Assembly: GCA_965242525.1 (NCBI GenBank)
Contig: OZ251459.1
Span: 640,001-704,000, forward strand
Reading direction: 5' to 3'
From: an uncultured Candidatus Binatia bacterium
GTDB lineage: Bacteria; Desulfobacterota; Binatia; UBA9968; JAJDTQ01
DNA: 64,000 nucleotides
Program-made: the position numbers and the translations under genes
The notes under the pieces: generated by a model
What the model saw: only the letters and a program-made list of their open reading frames with translations
Database searches by the model: none
What the model was told of the DNA's origin: nothing
In this document: positions 38,063 through 49,024 of the stretch, piece after piece
Layout: the number at the start of each line of letters is the position of its first letter
Numbering within the stretch: the first letter of the stretch is position 1

Positions 38063-39229
38063 TCATCCCGCCTCCGTACCCTCGTTCAGTATGGCAAGAT
38101 ACCGGTCATAGACGAACAGCCGGTCACGGCGCCGTCCGGTCAGTTCGCGGGCGATGCCTTGCTCGACCAGCAGGTCCATGGCCGAGGAGACGGTGGGGAA
38201 GGAGAGGGCGGTGCGCCTGACGGCCTCGTTCAGGGACAGGATGGGCTGCTCCTTCAGCGCTTCGTGGACGCGCAGGGCCGAGCCGGCGCGGCGGCCGCCG
38301 ATCCTCCCGGTACGCCGCCGGTCCTCCTGGAAGGTTTGGGAGATGCGTTGCGCGGCCGAGACCGCGCTCTCCGCGGTCTCGCGCACGCCGTCGAGGAAGA
38401 AGCCGAGCCACGCTTCCCAATCGCCGGTGCGGCGCACGTGGCTCAGGAGGTCGTAGTAGGCGCTCCGGTGCTGTTTCAGGTACAGGCTCAGGTAGAGGAG
38501 CGGCTCCCGCAGCATCCCGGCGTGGCACAGCAGGAGGGTGATGAGCAGCCGTCCGACCCGTCCGTTGCCGTCGAGGAAGGGGTGGATGGTCTCGAACTGG
38601 ACGTGGGCAAGCCCGGCTCGGACCAACACGGACAGCCCGTCGCCGCTGGCGTGGAGAAAGCGTTCGAGGGCCGCCATGCAGTCGGGCACCGCGGTGTGCG
38701 GCGGCGGCACGAAGGCGGCGTTGCCGGGTCGGGAGCCGCCGATCCAGTTCTGCGAGCCGCGGAACTCGCCGGGCGCCTTGCTGCTGCCCCGCCCGTGGGA
38801 CAGCAACACCCCGTGGATCTCGCGGATCAGCCGATTGGAGAGCGGGAAGTCCTCCCCCAGGCGGCGCAGTCCGTGGTCGAACGCCTTCACGTAGTTGGAG
38901 ACCTCCACCACGTCGTCGAGGGGCACGCCGGGCGCCTCTCCGAGCTCATGGAGCAGGAGGTCGGACAGCGAGGACTGCGTGCCCTCTATCCGGGAGGAAA
39001 GCACGGCCTCCTTGCGCACGTAGGTGTAGAGGAAGAGAGTCCGGTCGGGCAGGAGCGCCGAAAGGCCGTCCAGCCGGCCCAGGGAGAGCACCGCGGCTTC
39101 GAGCGCCGGCTGCAACGGACCGTCCAGGGAGAGGGGAGGGACGGGCGGCAGCGGCGTCGGCACGAAGGCGCGGACCTGCTCGCCCCCGGCGCTCGTGACC
39201 TCGTATGTGCCGATTTCTCCGCGCTGCAT
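38063..39229 (-). CDS. Fic family protein with C-terminal wHTH
   Basis: EAVLSSRIEGT, HPFLDGNGRVGR canonical Fic motif; AT-rich upstream region. Confidence 0.95.
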   Translation of the reverse strand: MQRGEIGTYEVTSAGGEQVRAFVPTPLPPVPPLSLDGPLQPALEAAVLSLGRLDGLSALLPDRTLFLYTYVRKEAVLSSRIEGTQSSLSDLLLHELGEAPGVPLDDVVEVSNYVKAFDHGLRRLGEDFPLSNRLIREIHGVLLSHGRGSSKAPGEFRGSQNWIGGSRPGNAAFVPPPHTAVPDCMAALERFLHASGDGLSVLVRAGLAHVQFETIHPFLDGNGRVGRLLITLLLCHAGMLREPLLYLSLYLKQHRSAYYDLLSHVRRTGDWEAWLGFFLDGVRETAESAVSAAQRISQTFQEDRRRTGRIGGRRAGSALRVHEALKEQPILSLNEAVRRTALSFPTVSSAMDLLVEQGIARELTGRRRDRLFVYDRYLAILNEGTEAG

Positions 39230-39346
39230 ACCGGCCGTTCCTTATGAAAAGTTTTTCAAGAGCAGGGAAGGCAATTCAATTTTATAGGCTAATTCTTGAA
39301 TAATCAACGGGTTGAAGCAACAAGGACATTCCTTGTGCCGGGTTCT

Positions 39347-41713
39347 TTACGCCGCCCGCCTCCCCCGTATCAGCGCCAGCACCCGTTCGGGGGACAGGGG
39401 GGTCTCGGACACCTCCACGCCCAGGGGGCGGAGGGCATCGACTACCGCGTTGGCGATGGCCGCGGGCGGGGCGATGGCGCCGCCTTCGCCGAGGCCCTTG
39501 AGTCCCAGCGGGTTGAGCGGGGAAGGGGTTTCGAGATGGACCTGCCGTATGTTCGGTACTTCGCCGCAGCCGGGCAGGATGTAGTCCAGCAGGGTGCCGG
39601 TGACGAGTTGTCCCAGGTCGTCGTACACGAACTCCTCGTAGAGCGCGCCGCCGATGCCCTGGGCGGTGCCGCCCCGCACCTGCCCCTCCACGAACAGGGG
39701 GTTGACCGCGGGGCCGGAGTCGTGCGCCACCGCGTAGTCCAGGATCCGGACCTGCCCGGTCTCCGCATCCACTTCCACCACGGCCACGTGGGCGGCGTTG
39801 GCCCAGGTCACGGTCTGCGGCACGTAGTAGTAGCTGGCCTCCAGGTCGGGCTCCATGCCCTCCGGCATCCGCGAGCTCCAGCCGGGCACTGCGGCCCGGG
39901 CCAGCTCGGCCAGGGAAACGCCCCGGTCCGGCCTTTCCTCCACGAACACTTGGCCGCCGCGGGTGGCGAGGTCGTCGGGGTTGGCTTCCAGTAGGTGCGC
40001 GGCCAGCTCGAACACCTTGGCCTTGAGGCGGCGGGTGGCTTCGTGGATGGCGGCGCCGGCGTTGACCGTGCTCCGGCTGGCGAAGGTGCCGCAGCCGTAG
40101 CGGATGGCCGCGGTGTCGCCTCCCACCACGGTGACGTCTTCGGGGTTCACGCCCCACAGGTCCGCGGTGACCTGCGCGAACACGGTCTCGTGCCCCTGGC
40201 CGTGGCCGCTGGCGCCCACCGACACCATGAGCTTGCCGGAGGAATCCACCTGCACCCGGGCGCCCTCGAAGGACCCCACCCCGGTGCCCTCCATGTAGAA
40301 GCCGATGCCCGCGCCCACGTAGCGGCCGGACTCCCGGGCCTCTTTCTGCCGCGCGCGCACGCTTTCGTAGCCGCACGCCTCCAGCGCCTTTGCGAGGGTG
40401 GCGGGAAAATCGCCGCTGTCGTAGCACACCGGCTCTCCGTCCCTGTAGAGGATGCCGGCGTCGTAGGGTATCCGGTCGGGCTCCACGAAGTTGCGGAAGC
40501 GCACTTCCGCGGGGTCCAGGCCGAGCTCGCCGGCGATGCGGTCGATGCAGCGCTCCATGACGAACACCGCCTCCGGCCGGCCGGCGCCCCGGTAGGGCGC
40601 GTTGGGCGCCTTGTTGGTGGCGACGCAGGTGCCGGTGACGTCGAGGTTCGGTATCCGGTACGGCCCCTGCAGGTGGGCCGAAGTGTTGTACGCGTCAGTG
40701 AGGCCCAGGGGGTTGTAGGCGCCGTTGTCCAGCAGGAAGCGGTCCTTCAGGGCCACGATCCTGCCCTCCCGGTCGAACCCCGCCTCCACGTAGTGCACCT
40801 GGTCCCGGGCGTGGGCCGTGCTGATGAAATGCTCCCTGCGGTCCTCGATCCACTGCACCGGACGCTGCAACTCCAGGGCCAGGTAGGGCACCAGCACTTC
40901 CTCGGGATAGACCAGCACCTTGGGTCCGAACCCCCCGCCCACGTGGGGCGCCACCACCCGGATTCCCTCCTCGGCCAGATCCAGTTGGGAGGCGATCTGC
41001 CGCCGCACGCTGTGGGGCACCTGGGTGGAGGACCACACGGTCAGGCGCCGGGGCCTGGTCTCGGCCATGGCCGCCACCCCTCGGCCTTCCATGGGCACGG
41101 CGCCGTGGCGCCGGTGGTGGAAGCGCTCCGCAATGCGGTGGGGCGCGGTCTCCAGCGCCCGTTCCGGGTCCCCCTTGGCGATGCGGAAATGGAACACCAC
41201 GTTGTCGTCGGCGCCGTCGTGCACCCGTTCGGCGTCCGGCGCCAGGGCCGCTTCCGGGTCCACCAGCGGGGGAAGCTCTTGGTAATCCACGGTGACGGCC
41301 TCGGCCGCGTCCTCGGCCCGGTACCGGTCCTCGGCCACCACCATGGCCACGGGCTCGCCCACGTAGTGGGCCTTGTCCACCGCAAGGACCCGCGCCCGCG
41401 GCCCCTTGAGCACGGGCTTCACCCGTTCGAGCCAGGGGGGAGGGTGGATCTCGAAGCTCGAAGGGAAGGGCGCGATGGCGTCCCTGACCTCTTCTCCCGT
41501 GACCACCCGCACCACCCCCGGCATTTGCCGGGCCCGGGTCGCGTCCACCCCGCGTATCCTGGCGTGCGCGTGCGGGCTGCGCAGCACCGCGGCATGGAGC
41601 ATCCCCGGAAGCCGCAGGTCGCCCACGAAGGTCCCCCGCCCCCGCAGCAGGGGTTCCGCCTCGCGCATGGGGATGCTCCGCCCCATGTGCCGTCTGACGC
41701 CGTGGTCGTTCAT
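39347..41713 (-). CDS. Xanthine dehydrogenase/CoxL-like molybdopterin large subunit
   Basis: STQVPH, VGGGFGPK, PYRGAGRPEA, GQGHET, GTFASRS, GLKGLGEGG. Confidence 0.93.
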   Translation of the reverse strand: MNDHGVRRHMGRSIPMREAEPLLRGRGTFVGDLRLPGMLHAAVLRSPHAHARIRGVDATRARQMPGVVRVVTGEEVRDAIAPFPSSFEIHPPPWLERVKPVLKGPRARVLAVDKAHYVGEPVAMVVAEDRYRAEDAAEAVTVDYQELPPLVDPEAALAPDAERVHDGADDNVVFHFRIAKGDPERALETAPHRIAERFHHRRHGAVPMEGRGVAAMAETRPRRLTVWSSTQVPHSVRRQIASQLDLAEEGIRVVAPHVGGGFGPKVLVYPEEVLVPYLALELQRPVQWIEDRREHFISTAHARDQVHYVEAGFDREGRIVALKDRFLLDNGAYNPLGLTDAYNTSAHLQGPYRIPNLDVTGTCVATNKAPNAPYRGAGRPEAVFVMERCIDRIAGELGLDPAEVRFRNFVEPDRIPYDAGILYRDGEPVCYDSGDFPATLAKALEACGYESVRARQKEARESGRYVGAGIGFYMEGTGVGSFEGARVQVDSSGKLMVSVGASGHGQGHETVFAQVTADLWGVNPEDVTVVGGDTAAIRYGCGTFASRSTVNAGAAIHEATRRLKAKVFELAAHLLEANPDDLATRGGQVFVEERPDRGVSLAELARAAVPGWSSRMPEGMEPDLEASYYYVPQTVTWANAAHVAVVEVDAETGQVRILDYAVAHDSGPAVNPLFVEGQVRGGTAQGIGGALYEEFVYDDLGQLVTGTLLDYILPGCGEVPNIRQVHLETPSPLNPLGLKGLGEGGAIAPPAAIANAVVDALRPLGVEVSETPLSPERVLALIRGRRAA

Positions 41714-41746
41714 GGCCGTTCCTCGATTCCGCGTCCGGGTCCGGCG

Positions 41747-42442
41747 CTATGCCGCGCCGATGGTCCAGATGTCGTAGAGCAGCTCCATGCGCCGGAAGGT
41801 GACCTCCCGCGTCTGTTGCTGGAGGTTGGGCGAGTCCAGGTAGCGGCGTCCGATGTCTTCCGCCAGGGTGCCGTGCTCTTTGTCCGCCTCCACGTGCACG
41901 GTGAAGAACCGGACCGATTCGGGAGACATGCCGTAGCGGTCCATGAAGCCCTGCCCCAGAGCCGCGGCGGCCGGCGAGAACGTGCCCTCGGCGCCCATCT
42001 GCGCGGCCATCACCACGAACCACGGCTGCGTGTGGATCACCAGCTCGGCATAGTAGAGGTGGGCGGCGGTGGCCGGAAGCAGGGCCGCGTGCTCCAGGTC
42101 CTTGCGCGTGAGGCCGATGGCTTCGGCGAACTCCACGAACATGTCCGGGTGGCCGGCGCTCCCGGGCAGGAGGCCGCGGGTCTCCTCTTCCGCCACCTCG
42201 AACAGCCGCGGGGCGAACTCCGGATCGCTGCACGCCACGTAGCGGAGCAGGGCGATGCGGGGAACCGCCCGGCGGAACTGGTAGTCCTGGACCGCCCAGG
42301 CGCGGATGTGCTCCAGGGTCGCGGACCCCGAGCGCACGGCCTCCACGAACGGATGGCGGACGCGCAGCTTGGGGAAACCGGCGATGTCGCGCTTGAGCTC
42401 CTCCACGAACGCGTCCGCGGAAAGGGGTTCGGTGCTGCTCAT
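41747..42442 (-). CDS. Heme-oxygenase-like di-iron protein (PqqC/CADD/TenA family)
   Basis: HPF, EEE....GH, E...FF.VH..AD.EH motifs. Confidence 0.8.
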   Translation of the reverse strand: MSSTEPLSADAFVEELKRDIAGFPKLRVRHPFVEAVRSGSATLEHIRAWAVQDYQFRRAVPRIALLRYVACSDPEFAPRLFEVAEEETRGLLPGSAGHPDMFVEFAEAIGLTRKDLEHAALLPATAAHLYYAELVIHTQPWFVVMAAQMGAEGTFSPAAAALGQGFMDRYGMSPESVRFFTVHVEADKEHGTLAEDIGRRYLDSPNLQQQTREVTFRRMELLYDIWTIGAA

Positions 42443-42618
42443 CGGGTTGTCTCCTTCGGCGAAAATCGATGCGGGGCGCAAGCGTCAGGCTATCGGCTTT
42501 GGCGCAAGAAAGCGAGTCCGCGGAGCCGTTGCCGTGGGAACGCGAGGGGTGTTATGATCCCCTCCGCACCGAACGGCGCCGACACCGGACGGCGCCAATT
42601 TTCACAGGAGGTGTCACC

Positions 42619-43806
42619 ATGAAGGCTCTCAGGCTGTTGGCCGCGTCTCTTCCGGCGTTGCTGGCGACAACGGGGATACTGTGGGCGGAGACCGTCAAGG
42701 TGGGCGTGATCCTTCCCTACTCGGGTCCCAACGCGCAACTGGGGCAACAGGTCGATCGGGGTTTCGAGCTCTACCGGAAGCTCCACGCCGACGAGGCCGG
42801 GGGACACCGGATCGAGGTCATCAAGCGGGACAGCACCGGGCCCAAGCCCGACGTGGCCAAGCGGCTGGCCACGGAGCTGATCACCCGGGACAAGGTGGAC
42901 CTGCTGGCGGGGGTGGTCTATTCCAACAACGCCTTCGCCATCTCGGACGTGACCCGGAAGGCGAAGGTCCCGTTCCTGATCATGAACGCCGGCACCTCGG
43001 CCATCACCACCCGGTCCCCCTACACCGCCCGGGTGTCGTTCACCATGTGGCAGGCGGCGTACCCGCTGGGCCGCCACGCCTACGAGAAGATGAACATCCG
43101 CACCGCGGCCGTGGCGTACGCCAAGTATTCGCCGGGCATCGACAGCAAGACCGCGTTCACCGAGGCGTTCACCGCCGCGGGCGGCAAGGTGGTGGCCGAC
43201 ATACCGTTCCCGTTCCCGAAGATCCCGGACTTCACGCCGTTCCTCCAGCCGGTCAAGGACGCCAGGCCCGACGCGCTCTACGTCTTCATCCCCGCGGGGA
43301 AGTGGGCCACCGGGGTGATGAAGACCTACGACGACCTCGACATGAGGGCGGCCGGCATCGAGCTCATCGGCCCGGGCGACATCACCCAGGACTCGGAGCT
43401 GCCCAACATGGGGGACGTTCCCATTGGGGTGGTCACCATGCACCACTACTCCGCGGCCGGGGACCGGCCCGAGAACGAGGCGTTCGTGAAGGCGTGGAAG
43501 GAGGCTTACGGCGCCGACAGCACGCCGGACTTCTTCGGCGTCCAGGGCTGGGACGGCATGGCGGCCATTTTCGAGGCGGTGCGGCGGCTCGACGGCAAGA
43601 TCGACGCGGACGAGACCCTGGCCGTGTGGAAGGGGTGGAAGTTCGACAGTCCGCGGGGTCCCATCATGATCGACCCGGAGACCCGCGACATCGTGCAGAA
43701 CCAGTACCTGCGCAAGGTCGAGAAGCGCGGCGGCGCCCTCGCCAACGTCGAGACCGACACCCTGGAGATGGTCAAGGACCCGTGGAAGCAGCTCGAGAAG
43801 AAGTGA
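42619..43806 (+). CDS. Branched-chain/aromatic-acid ABC substrate-binding protein
   Basis: Signal peptide, VGVILPYSG, SPRGPI.IDPETRDIVQ; AGGAGG RBS. Confidence 0.92.
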   Translation: MKALRLLAASLPALLATTGILWAETVKVGVILPYSGPNAQLGQQVDRGFELYRKLHADEAGGHRIEVIKRDSTGPKPDVAKRLATELITRDKVDLLAGVVYSNNAFAISDVTRKAKVPFLIMNAGTSAITTRSPYTARVSFTMWQAAYPLGRHAYEKMNIRTAAVAYAKYSPGIDSKTAFTEAFTAAGGKVVADIPFPFPKIPDFTPFLQPVKDARPDALYVFIPAGKWATGVMKTYDDLDMRAAGIELIGPGDITQDSELPNMGDVPIGVVTMHHYSAAGDRPENEAFVKAWKEAYGADSTPDFFGVQGWDGMAAIFEAVRRLDGKIDADETLAVWKGWKFDSPRGPIMIDPETRDIVQNQYLRKVEKRGGALANVETDTLEMVKDPWKQLEKK

Positions 43807-43973
43807 CGAAGTGACGACCGGAAAGCGGCGCTCCGTCCCGTGAAGGCGCGGGGCGGAGCGCCGGGAACGCTTGGCGCCCCCGCGCGGTCCGCCGCAACCG
43901 CGGACAGGGGCGGGCGCCGGGCGCTTCCGCAGCCCATGGCCGAGCCGCCCGGCGGGTCCGCAGGTCTTCTCCC

Positions 43974-44834
43974 GTGGTCAATTCCCTTGTCAGCATTGCG
44001 TTCGACGGTTTCGCGTTCGCAATGATCCTGTTCATCATCTCGGTGGGGCTGTCCGTGACCATGGGCCTCATGGGGTTCGTGAACTTGGCCCACGGGGTGT
44101 TCGCCATGCTCGGCGGCTACGTCGCGGTGTCCTTCATGCGCGAGTGGCACGCGCCGTTCCTGCTGGCGGTCTTGCTGGCCTGCGCGGCGGTGGCGCTGGT
44201 GAGCGTGGTGCTGGAGCGGTGGCTCTACCGCCGGTTCTACGGCGCCGACGAGCTGCAACAGGTGCTGCTGACCATCGGCCTGGTGTTCATGGGCATCGCG
44301 GTCTGCACCTTCGTCTGGGGGCCGCTCAACGTGCAGCTCGACGTGCCGCCCTGGCTCAAGGGGCAGGTGGACCTGGGGTTCCGGCGCTTCCCCACCTACC
44401 GCACCTTCATCATACTGGTGAGCCTCGGTCTGATCGTCGGCCTCTGGTACGGGTTCGAACGCACGCTGCTGGGCGCCAAGGTCCGGGCCGCGGTGGACAA
44501 CCGCCGCATGGCCGAGACCGTCGGCATCAACATCCGGCGGTTGTTCACGCTCACGTTCGCGTTGGGGAGCGCGCTGGCCGCCCTGGGCGGCGCGCTGGGC
44601 ACCGAGATCCTCGGCCTCACCCCCACCTACGCGCTGGAGTACCTGGTCTATTTCCTCGTGGTCGTGGCGGTGGGCGGCCTCGGCAGCCTGCGGGGGGCGT
44701 TCGCGGCCTCGCTCATCCTCGGCGTCGTGGATACGGCCGGAAAGTACTTCCTGCCGGGCTTCGGCGCTTTCTTCCTGTTCGCGCTGACCATCGTCCTGCT
44801 GCTCTGGCGTCCGCAGGGGTTCTACGCCCGGTAG
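43974..44834 (+). CDS. livH: LivH-type ABC permease
   Basis: GL...MG.MGFVNLAHG, VVVAVGGLGS. Confidence 0.9.
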   Translation: MVNSLVSIAFDGFAFAMILFIISVGLSVTMGLMGFVNLAHGVFAMLGGYVAVSFMREWHAPFLLAVLLACAAVALVSVVLERWLYRRFYGADELQQVLLTIGLVFMGIAVCTFVWGPLNVQLDVPPWLKGQVDLGFRRFPTYRTFIILVSLGLIVGLWYGFERTLLGAKVRAAVDNRRMAETVGINIRRLFTLTFALGSALAALGGALGTEILGLTPTYALEYLVYFLVVVAVGGLGSLRGAFAASLILGVVDTAGKYFLPGFGAFFLFALTIVLLLWRPQGFYAR

Positions 44835-44871
44835 CCCCGCGGCCCTGCCAGGAGTCGAGGTCCTCGCCCCC

Positions 44872-45839
44872 ATGGAACCGCCGCCGCAACGAACCGCCGC
44901 CCTCCGCTGGCCGGAACTGCTGCCCTGGGCGGCCGCGGTCCTGGGGTTCTTCGTGTTCCCCGACTACCTGCAACTGGGGTCCCAGATCCTCATCATGGTG
45001 CTCTTCGCCATGTCCCTGGACCTGATCCTGGGCTATGCCGGCATCGTGTCCCTGGGCCACGCGGCGCTGTTCGGCGCCGGCGCGTACACCGCCGGCATCC
45101 TGTCGGCGCACCTGGGCTGGAACGAGCCCGTGAGCGGACTGCTGGCCGCGGGCGCAGCGGCCGGCGCGGTGGGCTTCGTGTGCGGCGCGGTGATACTCTA
45201 CACCCGCGGCCTCACCCTGCTGATGCTCACCATGGCCGTCACCATCCTGCTGCAGGAGTTCGCCAACGAGCAGGAGCACTGGACCGGCGGCGACGACGGC
45301 CTCCAGGGCGTGGTCATGGATCCGCTGCTGGGGCTCTTCGAGTTCGACCTCTACGGGCGCACCGCCTACCTGTACGCGCTGGCGGTGCTGTTCGTGGTGT
45401 TCGTGGCGGCCCGCGCCATCGTGAACTCCTCCTTCGGCCAGTCGCTTCGGGGCATCCGGGAGAACGAGCGGCGCATGCACGCCGTGGGCGCCCAGGTCTA
45501 TCGCCAGACGCTCCGCATCTACACCATCGCGGCCGTCATGGCCGGCATCGCCGGGGGCCTGCTGGCCCAGACCACCGAGTTCGTGGCCCTGGACGTGCTC
45601 GGCTTCGAGCGCTCCGGCGACGTGATGATCATGCTGATCCTCGGAGGCGCCGGCCGGCTCTACGGCGCTTTCCTGGGAGCGCCGGTCTATATGATCCTGC
45701 AGGACCACCTCGCCCGGCTCAGCCCGGAGTACTGGCTCTTCGGCATCGGCGCGCTGCTGGTGGCCACCATCCTGTATGCGCCCGAAGGACTGCTGGGGCT
45801 GCTGGAGCGTTTCGGCGTCCGCCCCGGGCGGAGGACCCG

Positions 45840-45843
<4 letters not shown>
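44872..45843 (+). CDS. livM: LivM-type ABC permease
   Basis: SLDL.LGYAG.VSLGHAA.FG, TGGDDG, IRENE.R, LGG.G.LYG. Confidence 0.9.
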
Positions 45844-46605
<762 letters not shown>

Positions 46606-46609
<4 letters not shown>

Positions 46610-47325
46610 CCGTTCCTTCGCACAAGGCCCTCGACCTCGCCCGCGTGAGCGCCGGCTACGGCCGGACCGTGGTGCTGGAGGACGTGGACCTGAGCCTTGC
46701 CCGGGGCGAGCGGCTGAGCGTCATCGGTCGCAACGGCGTGGGCAAGACCACGCTGCTGGGGACGGTGATGGGCTACACCACGCTGCACGCGGGCCGCATC
46801 GAGCTGGCGGGCCGGGACATCTCCCGCGCGAGGACCTACGACCGGGCGCGTGCGGGCCTGGGGCACGTCCCCCAGGAACGCGAGGTGTTCCCGTCCCTGA
46901 CCGTGCACGAGAACCTGGCGGTGGCCCGGAGGGCCGGGAGCTGGACCCCTGCCGGGGTCTATGAGCTGTTCCCGCAACTGGCCGCGCGCGAGACCCACAA
47001 GGGGAGCCAGCTCTCCGGCGGCGAGCAGCAGATGCTGGCCATCGCCCGGGCGCTGGTGGGGAACCCCACGGTGCTGCTCATGGACGAGCCCACGGAGGGG
47101 CTGGCGCCGGTCATCATCGAGCAACTGGTGGAGGCCATGCACACGCTGCGCTCCCAGGAGGGACTGACGCTCGTGCTGGTGGAGCAACACGCGGGCATCG
47201 CCCTGGAGTTCTCGGAACGGACCGTGGTCATGAACCGCGGCCGCATCGTCTATGACGGTCCCAGCGCCGCCTTGGCGGCCGACGAGTCGCGGCTGAACGC
47301 GCTGGTGGGCGTGGCCGGCGAGTGA
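46606..47325 (+). CDS. livF: LivF-type ABC ATPase
   Basis: GRNGVGKTT, LSGGEQQ, MDEPTEGLAP, VEQH; TTG start overlapping the livG stop. Confidence 0.92.
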
Positions 47326-47363
47326 CGGGCGCCGGGCCGTGGCCGGGACGCTCAGGTGAGTGT

Positions 47364-47392
47364 TGGACATTTCGCCCGCTTTGGTGTGTAAT
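47364..47392 (+). promoter_or_regulatory. Putative sigma70 promoter upstream of MITE and AKR gene
   Basis: TGGACA-17 nt-TGTAAT, with TG extension. Confidence 0.3.
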
Positions 47393-47399
47393 TCCATCC

Positions 47400-47621
47400 G
47401 GAACCTTGGGACGATCGGACAGGCCTTCCCGTCCCGTTCGTCCCAAGCGCAGCGAAGTCGAGCGTAGCGAAGCGGGACCTCCGTTCGTCCTGAGCATAGC
47501 GAAACGGAGTTCTCCGTTCGTCCCGAGTGTAGCGAAGCGGAGACCTCCGTTCATCCTGAGCGTAGCGAAGCGGAGTCGAAGGACGCGCTCATGCCCCCTG
47601 TCCCGATTGGCCGGAGGTCCC
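47400..47621 (+). mobile_element. MITE family A copy with perfect ATCC target duplication and 33-bp tandem units
   Basis: ATCC-GGAACCTTGGGACGATC ... GATTGGCCGGAGGTCCC-ATCC; units at 47481, 47514 and 47547. Confidence 0.88.
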
Positions 47622-47673
47622 ATCCCTTGCAACCGCACCGTCCGGGAAGCGCCGCCGGATCGGAGGAGACGCC

Positions 47674-48921
47674 ATGAAGAGCCCTGACGATGGAGAGAGG
47701 CTGGGCCGTCGAGAACTGCTGCGCCGGGGCGCCCTGGCCGGGGTGGCCGCGGGGCTCCTGCCCTTTGCTGGCAGCCGTGCGGCCCGGGCCGAGACCCGGG
47801 CCGAGGTCAAACGCTACGCCACCCTGGGCCGCACCGGACTGCGCATCTCCGACGTCTCGTTCGGGTCCAGCCGTCTCGGCGCCGGTGAGGAGCGCCTGGT
47901 CCTGGACGCCTTGGACCGGGGCGTCAACTACTTCGACACCGCGGAGAGCTACCGGGGCGGCCGTTCCGAGACCACCATCGGCAACGCCCTCCGGGGCAAG
48001 CGGGACAAGGTCTTCATCGCGTCCAAGACCCACACGGTCTCGACCGAGACCAAGGCGTCGATGATGGAGTCCCTGGAAGGCAGCCTCAAGCGGTTGCAGA
48101 CGGACTACGTGGACGTTTACTTCACCCACGCGGTGAACCACGTGGGCCGGCTCAGCAACCCCGAGTGGGGCGAGTTCGTGGAGCAGGCCACGCAGCAGGG
48201 CAAGATCCGCTACTCGGGGATGTCCGGCCACGCGGGCCGGCTCATCGAGTGCCTGGACTACGCACTGGACCGGGACATGGTGGACGTCATTCTGGTGTCC
48301 TACAACTTCGGCCAGGACCCGGCCTTCTACGAGCGCTTCACCCGGGGCTTCGATTTCCGGGCGCGTCAACCCGACCTGCCGCGGGTGCTGAAGAAGGCCA
48401 AGGCCCGGAACGTGGGCGTGGTGGCCATGAAGACCCTCATGGGGGCGCGCCTCAACGACATGCGGCCGTTCGAGAAGGACGGCGCCACCTATGCCCAGGC
48501 CGCGTTCCGATGGGTGCTGTCCAATCCCGACGTGGACGCGCTGATCATCTCCATGACCGATTCGGAGCGGCTCCGGGAGTACCTGGGGGCCTCGGGCTGG
48601 ACCACCGCGGCCCGGGGCGACTTCGAGCTGCTCGAGGGCTACGCGCGCATGAACGGCGCCTCGTACTGCCGCCACGCGTGCAACGACTGCGAGGACGCCT
48701 GTCCCTACGGCGTCCCCATTGCCGACGTGCTGCGGACGCGCATGTACGCCCGGGACTACGGCGACGAGGTATTGGCCCGGAGCGAATACGCCGCGCTCGG
48801 AGCAGGCGCGGCCGCCTGCCTGACCTGCCCGACCCAGGCGTGCGCCGGCTCCTGCACCCACGGCCTGCCCGTGGAGAAGCTGCTGGCGCCGACCCATCGG
48901 CGGCTCACGCGAAACGCCTGA
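47674..48921 (+). CDS. Aldo/keto reductase with Tat signal and C-terminal Fe-S Cys clusters
   Basis: GRRELL, LGRTGL.IS, FDTAESY, SLKRLQTDYVD, CRHACNDCEDACP, CLTC...C...C. Confidence 0.9.
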   Translation: MKSPDDGERLGRRELLRRGALAGVAAGLLPFAGSRAARAETRAEVKRYATLGRTGLRISDVSFGSSRLGAGEERLVLDALDRGVNYFDTAESYRGGRSETTIGNALRGKRDKVFIASKTHTVSTETKASMMESLEGSLKRLQTDYVDVYFTHAVNHVGRLSNPEWGEFVEQATQQGKIRYSGMSGHAGRLIECLDYALDRDMVDVILVSYNFGQDPAFYERFTRGFDFRARQPDLPRVLKKAKARNVGVVAMKTLMGARLNDMRPFEKDGATYAQAAFRWVLSNPDVDALIISMTDSERLREYLGASGWTTAARGDFELLEGYARMNGASYCRHACNDCEDACPYGVPIADVLRTRMYARDYGDEVLARSEYAALGAGAAACLTCPTQACAGSCTHGLPVEKLLAPTHRRLTRNA

Positions 48922-49008
48922 GCAATCCTCTCCGTTCGTCCTGAGCGTAGCGTAGCGAAGTCGAAGGACGCGCTTTCCCGAGCGGAGACGGCGTTGTCCA
49001 GACGTTCC
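48911..49008 (+). mobile_element. MITE family A copy overlapping the AKR stop
   Basis: GAAACGCCTGAGCAATC ... GTTGTCCAGACGTTCC; full core. Confidence 0.72.
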
Positions 49009-49024
49009 GAAAAGGCGTCACCCA

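Noticed and set aside
39347-41713. Aerobic CO dehydrogenase
   Set aside because: PYRGAGR rather than AYxCSFR; no coxM/coxS adjacent.
47433-47584. CRISPR array
   Set aside because: Units are head-to-tail with no unique spacers and sit inside TIRs; no cas operon in the window.
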